From positions 1-26,492 of IMG/VR virus record IMGVR_UViG_3300046009_007384: a stretch of 26,492 nucleotides of DNA. The stretch is one strand, 5' to 3'. Source of the DNA: a virus. Lineage: Duplodnaviria > Caudoviricetes. Positions 1 to 9,476 of the stretch are shown here, piece by piece (within the stretch, counting starts at the first letter, position 1; each line of letters begins with the position of its first letter). Both the position numbers and the translations under genes were made by a program. The notes under the pieces were generated by a model. It was not told the DNA's origin. It worked only from the letters and a program-made list of their open reading frames with translations, and made no database searches.

Positions 1-226
1 CACAGATATAAAGGGAACTTTAGAGATGGCTTACCAAATGGAAAAAGATTTATTAATGGAATATGAAAAGTCTGCTAAAAATCCAGAACTTTCATTAAAA
101 GTTGTACTTTTGTTACAAGACTTTACTACGCATCAGGTAGGAGCTGTAGGCGAGTATGGAGACTTACTTGCAAGACTAGCACTTACTAATAACATGTTAT
201 TGTTCGATCAAGAACTAGGTAATTAA
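1..226 (+). CDS. 3' end of an upstream gene (partial), probably another virion/cargo protein
   Basis: Frame is open from position 2 (TDIKGTLEMAYQ...) to TAA at 224-226, so the ATG at 26 is probably internal. It ends 11 nt before the RNAP gene. Function inferred only from position. Confidence 0.6.
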   Translation, partial: TDIKGTLEMAYQMEKDLLMEYEKSAKNPELSLKVVLLLQDFTTHQVGAVGEYGDLLARLALTNNMLLFDQELGN

Positions 227-237
227 AAAATTAAATT

Positions 238-3200
238 ATGGCTTGTAAATATTGGTATGACGGTCAGTGGCGTACAGAAACACAGTTTAAAAAAATCTTA
301 TCAGAAGGTGTATTAACTAATCTACTAGCTAACAAGACTGTTAGCCTAGAGCAATTAATGCCTGATGCTGCTACGCAAGAAACCTTAGTTAGTGAGGGAG
401 CTACTAAAGCTCCAGTTACCCTAAGAATAAGACACAAAGCCCAAACCAAAATTAACAATGGCCGAGAACCTGGAAAACCAAATGTTCCATTAGCACGTAA
501 TCCAAAAGACGTAATAGAAGAATTTGTAGCTCAAGGAGGTAAACCGTTTGAACTAAAGTTTGTAATAAAAGTTAAAGGAGACCTAAAAACAGGTAAAGGT
601 TCTAAGAATGAAGCAATTAAACAAGACTTATTAAGTTCCCCAATTGGGAACAAAATAGTAAGCCAATTACAAGAGGGGATTGTTTATATGCTAGTTCCTT
701 CTGCTTATGGAATGTATCCTATTAGAGTCTTTAATAACTTCTTATTTAATAGTAAAACCTTTGGTACAGTTAAACAAGCACTAGAGGATTTAAAAAAAGC
801 TACTAAGGTAGAAGACATTGCTGCACATAGAAAAACAATTGAGTCCTTACTTTACAGAACTACCGTAACTTACGATGCTAAAAAGAAAACTTACACAGTT
901 AAACAAATAGACGGTAGTAATAATATCACTGTTCAAACATTCCCTACTACAGCACTAGTTGCAGATTTCTTAGGTAAACAATTACAAAGAGTTGCTTATA
1001 ACAACATCAACAGTGGTAACTATAATGAGAGACTAGCAGATAACGGAGTTATTACTACAGATTTATTTTCTGATAGTGCTAGTTTCTTTAACTCATCTTC
1101 TTTTGTCCTAGAAGCATTTAAAATGTCTGAAAAAGACCAAGAAGGTCTAGACACTATCTTCAACTTTACTTTTGATGAAGAATCACTAGCTGCTGCCAGT
1201 GTTACTACTGAAAGAGATGAAGCACCTATTATGTCTTCTCAAAACAAGACTGAAGAGAGCCCTATCTATTCTGCTTCTATTGATGACCTTATCCCTGGAC
1301 TAAGAGAAGAAGCTGGACCAACACTTACTTTAAAACTTGATGCATTAGAGAATGACTCATCTAAGTTTGTTACTATAGAATCTGTTATCAAAGATGGTAA
1401 AATTCTAGTAAGTAAAGTAACTAAAAAACAAAAAGTAGTTAAAAAAAATGAAGCAGATACTTTTTTACCTATATCTGATATTACATCAGGTAAGGCTTAT
1501 AAAGAAGCTGTATTAAAATTCTTTGATAGTAAAGAAGTTAAAACAAAAAAAGAAGAATTAGCAGGTAAGCCAACACCTGTTGCTAAAGTTGAAACTGCAC
1601 CTATAGTTGAACCTGCTCCTACTGCACCTAAAAGTGTCATAAGCGACGTATTATCTTCTATGATAGATATGTCTGCTACAATGCAAGCAGCACCTATAGA
1701 TATTAAACCTGAAGAAGGAACAGAACAAAGTTTAGAATCTTTAATATCTAACCAAAGTAATAAAGAAATAGTACCTGAACAATCTTTTAGTTTTGATGAT
1801 ATTTTTGCAAACGAATCTACAGAAGGATTTGATGGAGCTGTAGACAGAGGCACGCCCGATGCTAAAACGAAAATGACTGATGTTATTGACGGAACTTCTT
1901 GGAGTCAAGCAGAAGAAATACAATATCTACAAGATAAGATTGGAGTAGAGTTTGAAAAAGGAAAAAAGAAGACAAATACTCTCAAAGTTTTTAATACTTT
2001 GGAAGACCTAAAGAAATACTTGCCTAAAGAAACGTATGAAATGTTACTGGAATCTAGACGTAATGGTAAATTTATCCACGGTCTATTCACAACAGCTGCT
2101 GTATTTATTGCTAGTACTGCTGAAGCTGGAACTAGTTACCACGAAGCTTTCCACGTTGTATTTAATTTAGCTCTACCACTAGAAAAACGTATAGCTCTTA
2201 TCAACGAAGCTTATATCAAATATAAAAGTGAGTTACCTGTAACTAAATATACTAACTCTAAAGGAGAAACTAAGTTTAAATATCCTAGTTACCTAGAAGT
2301 TGAAGAACTACTAGCAGACAAGTTTATGGCTTACGTACTCAACAAAGAAGTACTACCTAAAGAAGAAGCAGTTGAGGAAGGTCCTAGAAAAAGAATACCT
2401 ATATTACCTAAGTTTACTAGCTATACTACAGAAGAAGGTTACGTAACTGTACCTAGCGTAGCTAAAGAACTAAAAGAGATAGAGAAATTCTTTAAAGGTC
2501 TTTCAAGAATGTTAACAGTTTTTTACAAAAAGAACAGAGTAGTTAACATTGATAATTTATTTGAGAATATTGACTTAGGAGTTTATAAAGATAAAATTAA
2601 CTTTAGCAAAACTGCTGTACCTAATTTAGCTAGATTACATGCTACGGATATACAATACAAGTATGTTAACCCTATTGAAGAAGCACATGCTTTTGAATAC
2701 CTTAGTACGTTAAAAGACGAAATACTAGAACAATATAGAAGTACAGTTGACCCTACGTATGAATTATCTCCAAAAGATTTAATTGCAAAACTTGGAGTAC
2801 ATACTTTATATTCTTCTATGCTTAGTAAGTTAAAAGCAGAAGCTATTTACAATAATAAAAAAGGTAATACTGAAATGGCAAATAGGTTAACAAACCTTTT
2901 TGGGATTCTTACTAATAACCAACAAAACATAAAAATTACTGAAGTCGACGGAGTCAAAATAATTGAGTTTACTAAAGCAAGTGACTTGCTATTGCGTTTC
3001 AATAGTAGTCTTAGGAAAGAAGGATTGTACATTAAGTACGATACTGTTAGAACTGTTAAGGAAAAACAAAAAAGCACAGACCCAGAAGACACAACTGGCT
3101 TTGAGCAATTTGAAGATGGAGAAGATACTTACGAAGAGTCTTGGATGCGTTCTCACATCGAAACTAATCCGATGGAGTCTACTAGTCAACGTCTAAAGAA

Positions 3201-6200
3201 CTTCTTTGCTAAAATACCTAAATACAAGTCTACAAGAAAGAATAGTGCTGTAGTACGTAACTCTTTTGGAGTAACAATGAAAGAAGACCCAGGAGTTGTT
3301 TTCAAACTATTAGCTACTAAAATCTCTAACAGCTATTCTGTTGCAGACATGTTAAGCAAGTTAGGTAAAATCAATCGTCCTTATATCAAAGATATACTAG
3401 ATGAGGTTACTAAAGATGAAAAGCTATTAACAGATTTATGGTTATCTATTGGACAAAAAAGCTTAACTACTTTCTCATTTGTTTGGGAAACTAACAATGA
3501 GATGAGAGTAGTTACTTCTAATAGAAAAACATTAGACAATGTTATTAAAGAAGAACTAATTGCCAACTTCCTAGTACCTAGCAACCCATTGCTATCTAAC
3601 AAGAATAATGTGTTTGACGTTGAGACTGTTAACATAGCAGAAGCTAATAACTTCTTAGAAGATTTAAACACTATTTTACCTATTTTAAACAATGGTGCTT
3701 TTTGGAAAAGTGAGGTTGAAGTAATAAATATGTTTAACAATGTTGCTAAAACTCTCCAAAAATATAAAATAGAATTAACTGCAGATGACTTAGCTAACAT
3801 TTGGCAAAACGGAGGAGTAAAAGCTTCTTGGTTAAATGTAGTTGATCTAGTTACAACTATACAAAACATTGCAGTTGAATTAGCAGAAGGTAATAATCCT
3901 TTTACTTCTTCTTACCCAACTGAAGAAGAGATTAGTAGAGAAACAAAAAAAGCAGGAAGAACTTTACTAGAAAAATTGGCTAAACAAATAATGCCTGTAG
4001 TAGAGAAAGATATAATGTTGGCTGCTAGAAACATAGATAATAAAACTGTTTACAGTTTGATTTTATCAGGGTTCATCAACAAGCAAATGGAAACATTTAA
4101 AAGCCGTGAGAAACTAGCAGAGTACTACGATAGTATTAAAAATGATTCTTTCGTTGCTAATCTTCCACTACTAAAAGATTTGTTAGACGATACTAATAAC
4201 ACACAAGACATTCTTAGTACTATTATACTAGACGGATTTACTAGACAGAATAAGAACGAATCAGTTTCCTATACAGACATGTCTGATACAGAAATGGAAG
4301 CTACATCAATGGCAATGTTTTATAACAATGGAGCCAAAGATGCTTCATTCTTTAAAATGCCTATTCCTTCTGATGCTCCTACTTTACCTTATATCAAAAG
4401 TAATAAGTTAGAAAGAGAAGAAGTAATAAACAAATTAGTTGATACAGCTAAAGCTGAGTACAACCGTATTAGAAAAGTTAAGACTGCTGATGATAGTGTG
4501 TTAGACTTAATCCCTAACTACAAAAAAAGAGGAGATAAGTTTGTACTACTAAGTTTTTTAAATGGAAAAGTTAGTACTAATCAAAACTTTGATGAAGAGT
4601 TAGTAAGAGCTGAGATTGAAAAGTATTTTAGCTACGACGTAAACGTAAGTCCTTTCTTTAAAAATGAAATAGCTAAGTATAAAAAAGAAGGTATTGTAAC
4701 TTCTTACAATCCAGAAACAGGTGCTATTAACTTTGCTCCTGAAATAATGGATAAGACTATTAAAGATAGTACTACTTTCTTTAAAGACTACTTACTTAAT
4801 AGTTACTACTTCAACACTCAAATAGGAGTACTACTATCAGGTGACCCTGCTTTTTATAAAAGCACAGGAGACTTACAGAAACGTTTTAAACAAATAATAA
4901 GCCCAGGAACTTACGCTAATACTAGTAATTTACCTACTTATTACAAAGCAATAATACTTAACGATGAAGTAGTTCCTACGGAAAGAGAAACCTTTGAACA
5001 CATTGAAACTATTATTAGCAAATCTAACTTACCTCAAGCTGAGAAAGAATCTCTAATTGCTTTTTGGAATGCAAAAACTACAGATAAAGACGGTAACAAC
5101 ACATCTGATGCTGCTACTTACGTATCCCCACAATTAAGAAAACAAAGACTTGAAGCACTAGGTAGATGGACAGATGAGCACGATGCTGCTTATGACCGAG
5201 TAATAGCAGGTACAGAAACTATTGAAGACCTACTATTGATAGACCCACCATTTAAACCTGAGAAACCATTTGTATTTACTCAAAGAATAGTAGAGAATGG
5301 AGACGGAACTACCACGGTAGTACCTATTCAGATTAAAAATGCAGAAACAGTTTTAACTAAATCTTTTGCTCAAAAGAAAGATGCTAACGGTGATTTCTTA
5401 TATCCAAAATTAGCAGCTATCTATGAAGATATGGTTGTTAATGAGACATATAACACTGCTATATTTGAATCAGCTGTTAAAGTAGGAGGTATTGGAAACA
5501 CTGTTGAAGGAGGTAAAGTAAGATTTTCTGATTACTCACTTACTGATGGCAAGTATTCTTTATCTGAAAATGCAAATATACTAGATTTAAAACATGAAGA
5601 CTGGAGATTACAGCAAGAAACTCCTTCCCACTACATTGATGATAAAACTAACTTTGCTACACAGTTAAGAAACCTTATCATAGCAGATTTAGATTTTAAC
5701 GGTGATTATAAAATAGGTAATAAAACTTACAAAGGAGCTGATTTAGCTCTAATGTATCAAAAGATAGTAGTAGAAGATTTAAAGACTTCTTTTGAAGAGG
5801 TTTCAGAAATATTCTTAGACAGCAATGGTAAAATAGATTATACTAAATTAGTAGACATACTAAAAGAAGAAATCTTAGACAGAGATTTAGGACAAGATTA
5901 CCTAGATGCTATTGCCTTAGTTCCTGAAGTATTAGTAGATGGTAGTCAAACTATGACTACTACTCTTCCTCTATACCACCCAATGATTATGTATAAAATG
6001 GAGTCTGTATTAAACTCCTTTTTTAAGAACAGAGTTACTAAGCAAAAGATACGAGGGGGTTCATTAGTCAACACTACTTCTTTTGGTGTAAGTGATAAGT
6101 TAAAAATGATTGTAGACCCTACAACTGGTGCTATTACTTACCAAGCATTGATGCCACATACTTCTAAAAAATACTTCCCTACAGATAAGAATGGAGAAGT

Positions 6201-9200
6201 AGATATAGAATTTGTTAGAACTCACGCAAAAGAACTGCTTAAAGTTATTGGTATCCGTATTCCTACTGAGGATAAATACTCTATGTTTAACATAGAAATA
6301 GTTGGATTTACTCCTCCTTCTATGGCATCTACTATTATTCTTCCTAGAGAAGTAACGACTGTGGCAGGGTTAGACTTTGATATTGATAAATTGTATTTTA
6401 TGTCTAGAGCGTTTACCGTTAATAAAAAAGGTATTCCTCAAATAATTAAATACATCAAGTCTCCTAAAAACAAAACAGAAGCACTAGAATCTGCTAAAAA
6501 CATTTATGCAGATTTTAAAAGTTTCAAGAAGTTTGCAGAGAAATACATCAAAGACCCTAAACAAAAAGAAGCAGTATTAGAAGCTCGTAGAGCAATTGCA
6601 GACAAACAGATAAGTAATACTGCCACTTCTAAAGAAATAGAGCAATTTAAGGCTACCATAGCAGCTGAGAAACAAGACAAAGTTGCTGCTAAAAAACTAT
6701 ACGGAGTTGGTTCGGAAGTGTTCAAAAAACACCAAGATAATATCGACAATCTTTATGCAGTATTTGGTGAAGAAATGGAAGCTTTTAATGAACTTAAAGC
6801 TGAAATCACTGATAATATAGACGAAGTATTAGGCACTATTGCTGATGTGCTCTTAGATGCTAAGTTTAACTCTATAGAGTTTAACACTAAGCAAGCTAGA
6901 GATAATATGAAGTTAGATATAATGGAGGGTGTACTAGAAAATAGTCACACTGCTCCTAGTATTCTTAACGTAGGTAATTTTGATGCTCTAAAAGAACGTG
7001 CTGCTAAGATTCGATTGTTACAAGAAGGAATGAATCCTGAAGCTGTAGCTAAGTATAGCGGAGAACAATTAATAAAAGAAGCAGAGAAACTAGATGATGC
7101 AGACGGATTTAACTTCTTCTTCCCTAGTGTACAGTTAGAGTTGTTTAGAAGAAATATGATGGGTAAAAAGCTTATTGGTATTTTTGCTAACCACAACACA
7201 CACCACGCCAAAGCTCAGTTTACTAATCTTCAATTAAGAGATGAGCTCGTACTTAATGAGCAATCTTACTTAATGTTGAACAAACAGTACGACAATAGTA
7301 ATAATAGAATATCAAGAAAGTTAGCTACGAATCTAGCAGCTGTAGTGGATAATGCTAAAGACCCAGTAGCATCATTTATTAATATGAATACTTTTACTGC
7401 TAACACTATTGCTTTATTAGAGCGTTTAGGAGTAGAAGATGATTATATCTACGCACTTATTAATCAGCCTGTTATACTAGAGTTAACTAGAGAATACTTT
7501 AACAATCAAGGTTCCCTAGTAACAGAGAAGAACTTCTCAAATGTTAAAACTAAATGGCAAACTAGATTATCTGCTAAATTAAAAGAGGCTCCTGAAGAGT
7601 TAGAAGACATTAGTTTAATAACTGATGTATTAGAAAAGCACTTAAAAGCTGATGGTTCTTTACAATACTACAAAGTTCAGTTAGAGTCCCTAAAACTATT
7701 TGAGAAACTTTATGGTTTAGGAGAAGAATTAGCTGTTGGTATTCAAGCTGCTAAAGTTGATACAGCTGGTGTAGGTCCTACAAGTGCAGACAACTATGTT
7801 ACTATCCAAAAACAAACAAAGATACTTACTAACATAGCAAAAGAAACCAATAGTATAGTTGGTCTAGAAGAGATGTTTTGGAAAGGTTCTGCTAACCAAG
7901 TGATGATGCCTGGTTTCAATGAGTACGGTATCTTATCTCCTATTAACATACTAAACCAAATATTTCCTTCTATTGGAACAGTTAATACTAAAACTTTTGA
8001 AATTACTTACTCTTTACTAGGAAACATCAAGAATCAATTTGCTGATTTTAAACCTAACGGTCTACTAAAAGAAAGAGAAGCTAGAATGATTAACACTCAC
8101 TTTATGAGCTTTATAGCAAGTGGTTTTCCTTTCTTCAACTACTCTCAAAGTAAAGATATTATTAAAAATCTTCCTTCTAGAGTAGCTTCTTTTAATAAAA
8201 GTATAGATGCATCTTCTCCTTATAAATACCTCTTTAACAATATCAATGTAATAAAACCTGATGGGTATGCTGCATTGACACGATTAGAGTTTTATAGTAC
8301 AGGTAAAACTGATCTAGAACTAAGTAGATTAAAAGCATCTTGGGAAAGAATGTTAATAGACACTAATCCTGAAGTAAGACAATTAGGACTCGACCTAATT
8401 AAATATACCTTCTTTACTAATGGATACGGTTACGGGCCTAATACGTTCTCTCACTTGATTCCTATTAAGTTTTGGACTGATGCTTACCAATTAGAAAATA
8501 ACATTACTGATTCTAAAGGAAATACGTTTAATCAATATCTTAAAAAAGCTCTATTCTCAGATAAATTATTAGCTAGAGAAGATAGTTACAGACAAAGATT
8601 TGTTGACCAATTTATAAGAAACAATTACGAAAAAGAAAAGTTTGTACAATCTGTTAAAGTAGAAAAAGTATTTACTACTAAAGAAGAGAAAGTAGACACT
8701 TTATCTGAAGGAGCTTCTATTAGTGCTTTAGCAGCTGAGTCTAAAACTGGTATTATCTTAACAAGCAAAGGATACTTAGTAGTAAACAAAAAGAAAAATA
8801 TGTCTACTCTTTATCCTAACAATATTAAAGCTCCTGTTAAGTTCTTAAAAATTTACGTTAACAATAAACCTCGTTTATTTGAATACATACCTACAGAGTT
8901 TGAGCAACAAAATCCAAATGAGTATAACGTAAAAAGCCCTGATAGAATTACTTATAAACCTGTATCTAAATTAGGACTACTAAACTATATTCTTGAATAC
9001 AACTATGGAGGTAATATAGAAAACTCTATATTAGTAAATGCTAAAAACACTCCTAATCCTAAAGTAACTTCTCAAGCTGCTTCTATGGATGCTGTTTCTA
9101 ATTCTATCTTAGCTTCTTTCCAAGCTGAAGAAGCAGCTGCTTATATGCAAGAGGAGCCACAAAGTCTTTCTACACTACTTCCTCCGTCTTCTACTCCTAT

Positions 9201-9465
9201 ATCGACTGGAATGGATTTCTTACAAAATGCTATGGATAGGTCTGCAACTCTACGAGCAGATATGCAAAGTGAAGAAGGTGCTACTGCTCCTCAAACTGCT
9301 GAAACTTCTAGTAGTTGGAATGAATATAAAGCTGCTTTAACTGCATTACTAAAACTTGATAAAGAAGTTGCTATGCAACAAGACTTCCTTTCTCAAGAAG
9401 AATTTTTATCTTTACCTGAAAAAGAACAAAAAGCTGCTATCTGGCAAGCTAAAAATTGTTATTAA
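238..9465 (+). CDS. Giant crAss-like virion-associated RNA polymerase (two-barrel, single chain) with an N-terminal zincin-like metallopeptidase domain
   Basis: 3075 aa. RIPTE at 6256-6270 followed by GLDFDIDK (DFDID 6373-6387), the DFDID variant of the DxDGD metal-binding motif described for phi14:2 gp66. Further blocks typical of the family: KPEKPF, FESAVKVG, LQQETP, VDNAKDP. HEAFH at 2140-2154 with downstream EELLAD at 2302-2319. Confidence 0.9.
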   Translation: MACKYWYDGQWRTETQFKKILSEGVLTNLLANKTVSLEQLMPDAATQETLVSEGATKAPVTLRIRHKAQTKINNGREPGKPNVPLARNPKDVIEEFVAQGGKPFELKFVIKVKGDLKTGKGSKNEAIKQDLLSSPIGNKIVSQLQEGIVYMLVPSAYGMYPIRVFNNFLFNSKTFGTVKQALEDLKKATKVEDIAAHRKTIESLLYRTTVTYDAKKKTYTVKQIDGSNNITVQTFPTTALVADFLGKQLQRVAYNNINSGNYNERLADNGVITTDLFSDSASFFNSSSFVLEAFKMSEKDQEGLDTIFNFTFDEESLAAASVTTERDEAPIMSSQNKTEESPIYSASIDDLIPGLREEAGPTLTLKLDALENDSSKFVTIESVIKDGKILVSKVTKKQKVVKKNEADTFLPISDITSGKAYKEAVLKFFDSKEVKTKKEELAGKPTPVAKVETAPIVEPAPTAPKSVISDVLSSMIDMSATMQAAPIDIKPEEGTEQSLESLISNQSNKEIVPEQSFSFDDIFANESTEGFDGAVDRGTPDAKTKMTDVIDGTSWSQAEEIQYLQDKIGVEFEKGKKKTNTLKVFNTLEDLKKYLPKETYEMLLESRRNGKFIHGLFTTAAVFIASTAEAGTSYHEAFHVVFNLALPLEKRIALINEAYIKYKSELPVTKYTNSKGETKFKYPSYLEVEELLADKFMAYVLNKEVLPKEEAVEEGPRKRIPILPKFTSYTTEEGYVTVPSVAKELKEIEKFFKGLSRMLTVFYKKNRVVNIDNLFENIDLGVYKDKINFSKTAVPNLARLHATDIQYKYVNPIEEAHAFEYLSTLKDEILEQYRSTVDPTYELSPKDLIAKLGVHTLYSSMLSKLKAEAIYNNKKGNTEMANRLTNLFGILTNNQQNIKITEVDGVKIIEFTKASDLLLRFNSSLRKEGLYIKYDTVRTVKEKQKSTDPEDTTGFEQFEDGEDTYEESWMRSHIETNPMESTSQRLKNFFAKIPKYKSTRKNSAVVRNSFGVTMKEDPGVVFKLLATKISNSYSVADMLSKLGKINRPYIKDILDEVTKDEKLLTDLWLSIGQKSLTTFSFVWETNNEMRVVTSNRKTLDNVIKEELIANFLVPSNPLLSNKNNVFDVETVNIAEANNFLEDLNTILPILNNGAFWKSEVEVINMFNNVAKTLQKYKIELTADDLANIWQNGGVKASWLNVVDLVTTIQNIAVELAEGNNPFTSSYPTEEEISRETKKAGRTLLEKLAKQIMPVVEKDIMLAARNIDNKTVYSLILSGFINKQMETFKSREKLAEYYDSIKNDSFVANLPLLKDLLDDTNNTQDILSTIILDGFTRQNKNESVSYTDMSDTEMEATSMAMFYNNGAKDASFFKMPIPSDAPTLPYIKSNKLEREEVINKLVDTAKAEYNRIRKVKTADDSVLDLIPNYKKRGDKFVLLSFLNGKVSTNQNFDEELVRAEIEKYFSYDVNVSPFFKNEIAKYKKEGIVTSYNPETGAINFAPEIMDKTIKDSTTFFKDYLLNSYYFNTQIGVLLSGDPAFYKSTGDLQKRFKQIISPGTYANTSNLPTYYKAIILNDEVVPTERETFEHIETIISKSNLPQAEKESLIAFWNAKTTDKDGNNTSDAATYVSPQLRKQRLEALGRWTDEHDAAYDRVIAGTETIEDLLLIDPPFKPEKPFVFTQRIVENGDGTTTVVPIQIKNAETVLTKSFAQKKDANGDFLYPKLAAIYEDMVVNETYNTAIFESAVKVGGIGNTVEGGKVRFSDYSLTDGKYSLSENANILDLKHEDWRLQQETPSHYIDDKTNFATQLRNLIIADLDFNGDYKIGNKTYKGADLALMYQKIVVEDLKTSFEEVSEIFLDSNGKIDYTKLVDILKEEILDRDLGQDYLDAIALVPEVLVDGSQTMTTTLPLYHPMIMYKMESVLNSFFKNRVTKQKIRGGSLVNTTSFGVSDKLKMIVDPTTGAITYQALMPHTSKKYFPTDKNGEVDIEFVRTHAKELLKVIGIRIPTEDKYSMFNIEIVGFTPPSMASTIILPREVTTVAGLDFDIDKLYFMSRAFTVNKKGIPQIIKYIKSPKNKTEALESAKNIYADFKSFKKFAEKYIKDPKQKEAVLEARRAIADKQISNTATSKEIEQFKATIAAEKQDKVAAKKLYGVGSEVFKKHQDNIDNLYAVFGEEMEAFNELKAEITDNIDEVLGTIADVLLDAKFNSIEFNTKQARDNMKLDIMEGVLENSHTAPSILNVGNFDALKERAAKIRLLQEGMNPEAVAKYSGEQLIKEAEKLDDADGFNFFFPSVQLELFRRNMMGKKLIGIFANHNTHHAKAQFTNLQLRDELVLNEQSYLMLNKQYDNSNNRISRKLATNLAAVVDNAKDPVASFINMNTFTANTIALLERLGVEDDYIYALINQPVILELTREYFNNQGSLVTEKNFSNVKTKWQTRLSAKLKEAPEELEDISLITDVLEKHLKADGSLQYYKVQLESLKLFEKLYGLGEELAVGIQAAKVDTAGVGPTSADNYVTIQKQTKILTNIAKETNSIVGLEEMFWKGSANQVMMPGFNEYGILSPINILNQIFPSIGTVNTKTFEITYSLLGNIKNQFADFKPNGLLKEREARMINTHFMSFIASGFPFFNYSQSKDIIKNLPSRVASFNKSIDASSPYKYLFNNINVIKPDGYAALTRLEFYSTGKTDLELSRLKASWERMLIDTNPEVRQLGLDLIKYTFFTNGYGYGPNTFSHLIPIKFWTDAYQLENNITDSKGNTFNQYLKKALFSDKLLAREDSYRQRFVDQFIRNNYEKEKFVQSVKVEKVFTTKEEKVDTLSEGASISALAAESKTGIILTSKGYLVVNKKKNMSTLYPNNIKAPVKFLKIYVNNKPRLFEYIPTEFEQQNPNEYNVKSPDRITYKPVSKLGLLNYILEYNYGGNIENSILVNAKNTPNPKVTSQAASMDAVSNSILASFQAEEAAAYMQEEPQSLSTLLPPSSTPISTGMDFLQNAMDRSATLRADMQSEEGATAPQTAETSSSWNEYKAALTALLKLDKEVAMQQDFLSQEEFLSLPEKEQKAAIWQAKNCY

Positions 9466-9476
9466 AATTTGTAATT

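Noticed and set aside
238-9465. Intein or self-splicing intron in the RNAP
   Set aside because: No internal Cys, no LAGLIDADG/HNH motif and no frame interruption noticed; a Ser-initiated intein was not recognised either.
9456-9476. TTG start for the second giant ORF
   Set aside because: Overlaps the RNAP end; ATG 9477 has the same context and spacing as the RNAP start.
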